47,281 nucleotides of DNA from an uncultured Candidatus Saccharibacteria bacterium (GTDB lineage: Bacteria > Patescibacteriota > Minisyncoccia > Phycocordibacterales > GWA1-40-21), in assembly GCA_964485905.1 (NCBI GenBank), contig CAZAJY010000002.1, positions 1 through 47,281 of the forward strand, given 5' to 3'. The notes below the pieces were generated by a model. That model made no database searches. It saw only the letters and a list, made by a program, of their open reading frames with translations, and was not told where the DNA came from. The translations under genes were made by a program, and so were the position numbers. This document shows positions 41,918 to 47,281 of the stretch, piece by piece (the first letter of the stretch is position 1; each line of letters opens with the position of its first letter).

Positions 41918-41963
41918 ATACCAAGGCTAGGCTTTGGGATTACCCAAGGCCGAGCTTTGGTAT
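41918..41963. repeat. Tandem pair of 17-nt hairpins forming a 46-nt imperfect palindrome (right edge of island)
   Basis: ATACCAAGGCTAGGCTTTGGGATTACCCAAGGCCGAGCTTTGGTAT, made of CCAAGGC-TAG-GCTTTGG and CCAAGGC-CGA-GCTTTGG. It is related to S5 (CAAAGGC-CTA-GCCTTTG). AGGCTTCGC at about 41875 recurs at about 34642. Confidence 0.6.
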
Positions 41964-41999
41964 GCAGATAGAATTAATGATATAATTTAAATATATTTT

Positions 42000-42254
42000 A
42001 TGTTTAATATTGCTCAATATTTAGAAAAATTTAGGAATCTTGGGTTGGGGGAGAGGAGAATAAAAGAGGCGATTAAAACTTCGGTTAAAGAAGTGCTTAA
42101 TTTTGATTTGGAGACAAAAGATATTTTAGTAAAAAATGGCGAAGTAATTTTTAAAGTTTCGCCTGCGATGAAAAATAGTATTTTTATAAAAAAAGAAGCC
42201 ATTTTAAAAAGAATGGAAGAAAATGGAGTGAAGAATGTGGGTGATATACGCTAA
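42000..42254 (+). CDS. Small hypothetical protein (possibly DUF721/DciA-like, weak)
   Basis: 84-aa ORF. The pattern ...KNGEVIFKVSPAMKNSIFIKKEAILKRM resembles the 'strand-strand-helix' core of DUF721 proteins often found near dnaN. This call is from memory only. Confidence 0.4.
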   Translation: MFNIAQYLEKFRNLGLGERRIKEAIKTSVKEVLNFDLETKDILVKNGEVIFKVSPAMKNSIFIKKEAILKRMEENGVKNVGDIR

Positions 42255-44737
42255 TCATTAACCCTAAAACTTACCTCCACCTCACTTTTATTATACACAG
42301 AATCAGTGGCGATTATTTTTAATATATTTTCAGAATTAATAGAATTAATTTCGCTGGGAATAAAAGAAAAGAGGAAAGGTGAATTACTAGTTGTTCCAAC
42401 GTAAGTATTATTTATATAAAAATCTAATTTTGTTAATGGATAAGTACCAGAACTTGATGTTTGAACTAAAACGCGCTGATCTCTACTATAAATAGAACCT
42501 GATATTGGGCTGAGGATATTTATTTTAGGCAAATTAGCTTTCGTGTGGACATTGTCACTGCCAGTTGGTTCGATCGGATATGGTAAACTTTGAGTTTTTA
42601 GCCATTGCTGAACAGGATATTCCCAGTGTTCAAATTGTGGATCATCTGACGGATTTTCGGGCACCGCACCCCAAGGATTATTTTTATCTACCCAATACAA
42701 TATCTCATGTACATTGGGAAAGAAGACTTCTTGGCGGGTCTCCATGGGGGTTAAATTGGTCGCTAATCGACCGGAAATCTTATCAATAGTAAATGAGTCA
42801 TAACCTTGCCAAACACCCCGGAAAACTGGTTTTATTTCGGTACTGGTTGGTTCAGGTTTTGTAAAATATTCTTTAGAAAAAGAAGGAAGGGCTTGATCCA
42901 TAAAAGCCCGCCACATTGGAGAAATAATTAAGCCGGCAGTTTTCTTAACCATAGAACTATTATTATTATTACCAGCCCAAGCGCCGACGACTAAATTTGG
43001 AGTATAGCCGACAATCCAAACATCACGAAAATCATTCGTCGTTCCGGTTTTAACGGCGACTGGTCTATCAGTAAATTCTAAAGGTGAATTGGCGCCGTAG
43101 CCGGGGAGACGAGCAATATTATCGGACAAGATATCAGATATTTTATTGGCGCTTTCGGCCGAGAGAACTTGTTCGGGACTATATTTCGCTTGTTCTAAAA
43201 TTTCTCCTTTAGTGTTTTCCACTTTTAAAATAGAAAGATAAGGATTTCTTATTCCAGCATTTGCAAAAACACCATAAGCGCTAGTTAATTCCAGTGGGGA
43301 GACTTCACCACCACCCAGAACCAAAGTTAAACCATATTGTCCAGCTTCACCCAAACTACTAATACCCATATTTCGTGCGGTCGTGATAGAATCTTTTATT
43401 CCTGCGAGATATAAAGTTTTAATAGATGGGATATTTCTTGATTGAGCTAAGGCGTCTCTTAAAGTAATTGGACCTAAATATTTATCATCATAATTAACTG
43501 GCATATAACAATCTTCGGGATTAGTATTACCAATTGGCCAACCCTGGGCGGTACAGGTTGTTTGGAATTCTGTCGGTAAATCAAAGACCACAGTTTCTGG
43601 TGTATAACCTTTATCAAAAGCAGTCGCATAAACAAAAGGTTTGAAAGTTGAACCGGGCTGGCGGTGTGCTAGAGCAACATTAAAATTACCATCGATTTCT
43701 TTATCAAAATAATCTCGAGAACCGACCATAACTAATATTTCTCCGGTTTTGGGATCAATGGCCACTATTGCGGCATTTTCGGCATTAAATTTTTCTTTAT
43801 TTTCAAAAGCATATTTTTTTACAATTTCTTCCGCTTTAGCTTGCAAGCTATAATCAAGAGTGGTTATTACTCTTAAACCCTCTTCACGAATCGCTTTATC
43901 ACCATATTTATTTTCTAAATATTGTCTAACATATTCAACAAAATGTGGAGCCTTTAGACTATTTCCTTCCCTTGGTTTGAAAATTACTATTTCTTTTTTG
44001 GCGGCATTATATTCCGTCTGGGTGATAAGACTATTGTTTAGCATTTTTTCTAAGACAAGATCTTTTCTAGCGTCTAATTTGTCTCGATTATTACCATAGG
44101 GAGAATAATAAGTTGGAGCGTTTGGAATTGCGGCTAAATAAGCGGCTTCGGCCAGTGTTACCTCAGAAGCTTTTTTCTTGAAAAAAGATTGACTGGCTTC
44201 TTCAACACCATAAAGACTACCACCATAAGGATTTTCATTTAAATAAATAGATAGAATTTCTTCTTTATTCATCACTTTTTCTAATCTAATAGCCAATACC
44301 CATTCTTTTAATTTTCGTGATATGGCTTTTTCGGAGGTGAGTAAAGAATTTTTTATAACCTGTTGAGTTATTGTTGATCCACCGCCACTACCGCCAGCGA
44401 GATTGGTCAAGATGGCACGAATAATTGCTTTTATTTGTATTCCACCATGATTAAAAAAATTAGTATCTTCTATTGCAATCACGGCTTTTTTTATGTACGG
44501 AGAAATTTCTTCATATGGAACTACTCGTCTTTTAATATTTTGATTTAAGTCAAAAAGTAAAATTTCACCAGTTCGGTCATAGATTTTGGTACTTTGAGAT
44601 ACGGTTCTTTCCTCAAAAGATTTTAAATCTGGCAATTTAAAGGTGGACACCCAAAAAGCCAAGAGGCCCAGACAAATGAAGCCCAGACTGAACAGATAAA
44701 CCAAGGCTTTTTTATAATGTTTTTTAACTCGACGCAT
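42251..44737 (-). CDS. Bifunctional class A penicillin-binding protein (glycosyltransferase plus transpeptidase)
   Basis: 828 aa. GT51 motifs are AIEDTNFFNHGGI, GGSTITQQVIKN and RKLKEW. Transpeptidase motifs are GSTFKP (SxxK), SRN and KTGTT. An extra C-terminal domain of about 150 aa is present. Confidence 0.93.
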   Translation of the reverse strand: MRRVKKHYKKALVYLFSLGFICLGLLAFWVSTFKLPDLKSFEERTVSQSTKIYDRTGEILLFDLNQNIKRRVVPYEEISPYIKKAVIAIEDTNFFNHGGIQIKAIIRAILTNLAGGSGGGSTITQQVIKNSLLTSEKAISRKLKEWVLAIRLEKVMNKEEILSIYLNENPYGGSLYGVEEASQSFFKKKASEVTLAEAAYLAAIPNAPTYYSPYGNNRDKLDARKDLVLEKMLNNSLITQTEYNAAKKEIVIFKPREGNSLKAPHFVEYVRQYLENKYGDKAIREEGLRVITTLDYSLQAKAEEIVKKYAFENKEKFNAENAAIVAIDPKTGEILVMVGSRDYFDKEIDGNFNVALAHRQPGSTFKPFVYATAFDKGYTPETVVFDLPTEFQTTCTAQGWPIGNTNPEDCYMPVNYDDKYLGPITLRDALAQSRNIPSIKTLYLAGIKDSITTARNMGISSLGEAGQYGLTLVLGGGEVSPLELTSAYGVFANAGIRNPYLSILKVENTKGEILEQAKYSPEQVLSAESANKISDILSDNIARLPGYGANSPLEFTDRPVAVKTGTTNDFRDVWIVGYTPNLVVGAWAGNNNNSSMVKKTAGLIISPMWRAFMDQALPSFSKEYFTKPEPTSTEIKPVFRGVWQGYDSFTIDKISGRLATNLTPMETRQEVFFPNVHEILYWVDKNNPWGAVPENPSDDPQFEHWEYPVQQWLKTQSLPYPIEPTGSDNVHTKANLPKINILSPISGSIYSRDQRVLVQTSSSGTYPLTKLDFYINNTYVGTTSNSPFLFSFIPSEINSINSENILKIIATDSVYNKSEVEVSFRVND

Positions 44738-44777
44738 GATTCTGGCTATTGTATCACAAATATGATAAATTTAAAGG

Positions 44778-45980
44778 ATGAAAATAGATACTGATCCCAA
44801 AAAAATAGAAGAATTTCTAACACGTGGAGTGGAGAATATTTATCCGAATATCGATTTTGTTAGGAAGCAATTATTCAGTGGAAAAAAATTGACAATGTAT
44901 CTTGGTATGGATCCCACCGCTCCAAGTTTGCACATTGGAAATTTTGTTCCAGTGATGAAACTGAAAGAATTTCAGGATTTAGGCCATCAGGTTATTCTTT
45001 TAATTGGAGACTTTACTGCTACTATAGGAGATCCAGATAAATTATCTGTTCGAAAACCACTGACCAGAAAGCAAGTTTTAAATAATTGTCGTTTTTATAA
45101 AAAACAATTATCAACTTTGATTAAGTTTGGTTTTACAGGAGCTAAATTGAAATATAATTCAAAGTGGTTGAGGAAGATGAATTTTGAGGATGCTTTGAAT
45201 TTAGCTTCTAAGATGACGGTAGATCAAATGCTGAAACGAGATATGTTTCAGGAGAGGATGAAACAGGGTCGGCCGGTATATATTCATGAGTTCATGTATC
45301 CTTTAATGCAGGGTTATGATTCAGTGGTTATGAATGTCGACGGAGAAATTGGTGGAAACGATCAGACTTTTAATATGTTGGCTGGTAGAGATTTGGTTAA
45401 AGAAATGTTAAATCGTGAGAAATTCGTTATCACTACCAAATTATTGGCAGATCCAAATGGTGTAAAAATGGGTAAAACAATGGGTAATATGGCGGCACTA
45501 ACCGATAGCCCCTCAGAGATGTTTGGTAAAATTATGAGCTGGACCGATGGGATGATTCTTGGTGGATTTGAGCTATCCACCTTTATTCCAATGGAAGAGA
45601 TTGAAAAGATAAAACAAGAAATGTTGGCGGGAGTGAATCCACGAGATATAAAAGTAAGATTGGCGAAAGAAATTGTGACTATTTATCACAGTAAAGAAGA
45701 GGCAGATAAGGCCGAAGAAAATTTTGTGAAGACTTTTAAGGAAGGGGGTGTGCCGGAAAAAATAGACGAAGTGACGGTGGCCAGCGGGGGACTGTTATCT
45801 GAAATTTCGGTTAAGGCCGGATTGGTTAAATCAAAGGGAGAGTTTAGAAGATTAGTTTTAGAAGGTGCAGTTTCTAACCAAGAGACTGGTGAAAAAATCA
45901 CAGATCCAAATTATCAGATTACTTCCACCGCCATATTTAAAATAGGGAAAAGAAGGTTTTTGAAAGTGACAGTATCGTAA
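44778..45980 (+). CDS. tyrS: Tyrosine--tRNA ligase
   Basis: 400 aa. It has a HIGH-type motif (PSLHIGN), a KMSKS-type motif (KMGKT) and a C-terminal S4-like domain (GLVKSKGEFRRLVLEGAV). Confidence 0.88.
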   Translation: MKIDTDPKKIEEFLTRGVENIYPNIDFVRKQLFSGKKLTMYLGMDPTAPSLHIGNFVPVMKLKEFQDLGHQVILLIGDFTATIGDPDKLSVRKPLTRKQVLNNCRFYKKQLSTLIKFGFTGAKLKYNSKWLRKMNFEDALNLASKMTVDQMLKRDMFQERMKQGRPVYIHEFMYPLMQGYDSVVMNVDGEIGGNDQTFNMLAGRDLVKEMLNREKFVITTKLLADPNGVKMGKTMGNMAALTDSPSEMFGKIMSWTDGMILGGFELSTFIPMEEIEKIKQEMLAGVNPRDIKVRLAKEIVTIYHSKEEADKAEENFVKTFKEGGVPEKIDEVTVASGGLLSEISVKAGLVKSKGEFRRLVLEGAVSNQETGEKITDPNYQITSTAIFKIGKRRFLKVTVS

Positions 45981-45994
45981 CTAAAATAGTTAAA

Positions 45995-46159
45995 TTAAAA
46001 ATTATCGACGTCGTTATACTCGCTGAAATCTTCAGTAAAAGTATCTTCAATAATTGCTGGATCAATAGCCGAATCTTCTCCACCTAATAATTCTTCTTCA
46101 GGAAGATCCCCATCTTTTTTATCTACTACTTTTTCGTTGGTGTTACTTTTTTTCTTCAT
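45995..46159 (-). CDS. Possible small acidic protein (54 aa)
   Basis: My minus-strand translation is MKKKSNTNEKVVDKKDGDLPEEELLGGEDSAIDPAIIEDTFTEDFSEYNDVDNF*. It is below the ORF-track cutoff and has no homology argument. Confidence 0.3.
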   Translation of the reverse strand: MKKKSNTNEKVVDKKDGDLPEEELLGGEDSAIDPAIIEDTFTEDFSEYNDVDNF

Positions 46160-46266
46160 TTTCTTAAATTATTTTCTTATAAAATTTCCGTGAAAAACGG
46201 AGTTTTTATATTAATAGCATGCCTGAAAATGTTTGCAAGGGGTCAAAAAGTGGGGGCTGTGGAAAA

Positions 46267-46734
46267 CTATCTGTTGGTGGCGAAATAGGTGAGTCCACAA
46301 GCGATTGCGTCATATTCATCATCATATTTCAACGGCTCAACGGCGATGAGCCGTTCAACCATTTGAATTACTTGGTTTTTATCACTTTTACCATAACCAG
46401 TTACAGCTACTTTGATTTGTAAGGGGGTGAATTCAGTTATTTTTAATCCCGCCTTAGCCGCTTCATATAAAATTACACCTCGGGCTTCGCTCACCTTCAT
46501 TGCCGTCTTGGCATTGGTTTTGAAAAATAAATTTTCAATTGCCAAGGCTTCGGGCTTGTATTTTTTAATTACTTTTCCTATTTCTTCTCCAATTGACCTT
46601 AATCGGTCTTCATGTTTTTCTTTAGCTGAAGTTTTAAAACATTCAGAAAAAACCAGAGTTTCCCTTCTAGTTCCTTTTTCTAATATGGCAATTCCTAGTC
46701 TTTCGTAACCGGGATCTATAGCGATGATTTTCAT
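46267..46734 (-). CDS. ruvC: Crossover junction endodeoxyribonuclease RuvC
   Basis: 155 aa. Motifs are MKIIAIDPGYERLGIA (first catalytic Asp), AIENLFF and DEYDAIACGL. It is downstream of yebC as in many bacteria. Confidence 0.9.
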   Translation of the reverse strand: MKIIAIDPGYERLGIAILEKGTRRETLVFSECFKTSAKEKHEDRLRSIGEEIGKVIKKYKPEALAIENLFFKTNAKTAMKVSEARGVILYEAAKAGLKITEFTPLQIKVAVTGYGKSDKNQVIQMVERLIAVEPLKYDDEYDAIACGLTYFATNR

Positions 46735-46856
46735 AATATGATTATAACAAAATCTGGTTAATTATTCCTTTTTCTTTTTCAACCTCCCTGCTTCGCGGAC
46801 TCAGCATCCCTCCTTGACTAAGGAGGGAGTTCAGAAACAAAATATCTAAATGTCTT

Positions 46857-46920
46857 AGTGTTTTCGGCTTCCCCCTCCTCAGTCGAGGAGGGATGTCTAT
46901 TCTGATAGACGGGGCGGTTG
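46857..46920 (-). repeat. Copy 2 of the two-hairpin structured element (copy 1 at 4845-4909)
   Basis: The reverse complement reads CAACCGCCCCGTCTATCAGAATAGACATCCCTCCTCGACTGAGGAGGGGGAAGCCGAAAACACT. The element starts 3 nt after the yebC stop. Confidence 0.7.
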
Positions 46921-46922
46921 TC

Positions 46923-47281
46923 TTACTCCGCATTAGTCCAAACTTCCTGCACCTCATCATTATCTTCCAATTCATCAATTAATTTTTCTAATTTAGTCCC
47001 GTCTTCGTCCGAGATTGGTACCGTCATATTGGGCACATAATCTTCTTCGGCTGATTTAGTAAAAGCCCAAGAAGCACTGCCGGGCGCAGCAAGAGCCGAA
47101 CCGTTTCCTGTTAAAATATGTTTCACTTCGCCGGCCGCTTTGTTTCGGTTATCTGTTAAGGCTTCAATTATTATAGCGACACCACCCGGACCATAGGCTT
47201 CATAGAGAATTGATTCCATTTGAGTCGCATTATCATTTTTCTTTAATGCGCGTTCAATATTTTCATTTGGCACATTATATT
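46923..47281 (-). CDS. yebC: YebC/PmpR-family protein, C-terminal part (5' end outside window)
   Basis: ...NENIERALKK...YEAYGPGGVAIIIEALTDNRNKAAGEVKHIL is the conserved YebC core. The reading frame stays open to the window edge. Confidence 0.88.
   Translation of the reverse strand, partial: YNVPNENIERALKKNDNATQMESILYEAYGPGGVAIIIEALTDNRNKAAGEVKHILTGNGSALAAPGSASWAFTKSAEEDYVPNMTVPISDEDGTKLEKLIDELEDNDEVQEVWTNAE

Noticed and set aside
41870-41965. tRNA or tRNA fragment as an island attachment site
   Set aside because: There is no cloverleaf and no GTTCGAATC-type T-arm or D-arm consensus. The region is explained by two short hairpins.
46187-46203. Terminator hairpin TCCGT-GAAAA-ACGGA between the small acidic ORF and ruvC
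   Set aside because: It has only a 5-bp stem, which is too weak to call.
46742-46978. 78-aa minus-strand ORF spanning the yebC end and the yebC-ruvC spacer
   Set aside because: It overlaps the 3' end of yebC out of frame and otherwise reads through the hairpin repeats. It is most likely an artefact of the structured spacer.
1-47281. Alternative genetic code (UGA recoded, as in some CPR lineages)
   Set aside because: TGA terminates well-supported genes at sensible lengths, for example comM at 8915-8917 and the NTase at 34111-34113. All conserved genes are full length under code 11.

Overview
AT-rich (about one-third G+C by eye) bacterial chromosome segment with short intergenic regions, read in the standard genetic code. 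The gene content and style look like a reduced-genome Patescibacteria/CPR-type organism, but that is an inference. All family calls come from motifs I recognise in the supplied translations; no database search was run.

Layout:
- 1-4.8 kb: rpsO (3' end), a NYN-domain gene, pnp, a membrane protein and a DksA/TraR-like zinc-finger protein, with long RNA-like hairpins between them.
- 5-18 kb: secreted or membrane-anchored proteins, comM/yifB, a LysM-M23 peptidase, a UvrD/PcrA-family helicase and rsmA.
- 19.4-27.6 kb: a Gram-positive-style minimal type IV secretion-like cluster (VirB6/TrbL-like, PrgI/VirB3-like, two-ORF VirB4 ATPase, VirB2-like pilin). No coupling protein or relaxase is in the window.
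- 27.6-32.2 kb: the replication-origin neighbourhood, jag-yidC-rnpA-rpmH (minus strand) then dnaA-dnaN, with DnaA boxes in the AT-rich dnaA-dnaN spacer.
- 32.2-42.0 kb: an accessory island directly after dnaN.
- 42-47.3 kb: PBP1A, tyrS, ruvC and the 3' part of yebC.

The island has two parts. The first is a set of cassette-like modules bounded by related dif-like palindromes, including a 74-nt near-identical direct repeat. These modules carry a strongly GC-rich histidine phosphatase, a nucleotidyltransferase, a NUDIX hydrolase and a 118-aa unknown. The second part holds a Fic protein with an overlapping zinc-ribbon ORF, then a restriction-modification operon with two adenine-type methyltransferases.

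The most unusual feature is the 730-aa nuclease of that operon. It is a full-length AlwI/N.BstNBI-family type IIS endonuclease with an appended, apparently complete LexA/UmuD-type S24 self-cleavage module (Cys-Gly cleavage site, Ser nucleophile, Lys base).

A second notable signal is a roughly 64-nt structured element present twice (4845-4909 on +, 46857-46920 on -). The differences between the two copies are compensatory within both hairpins.
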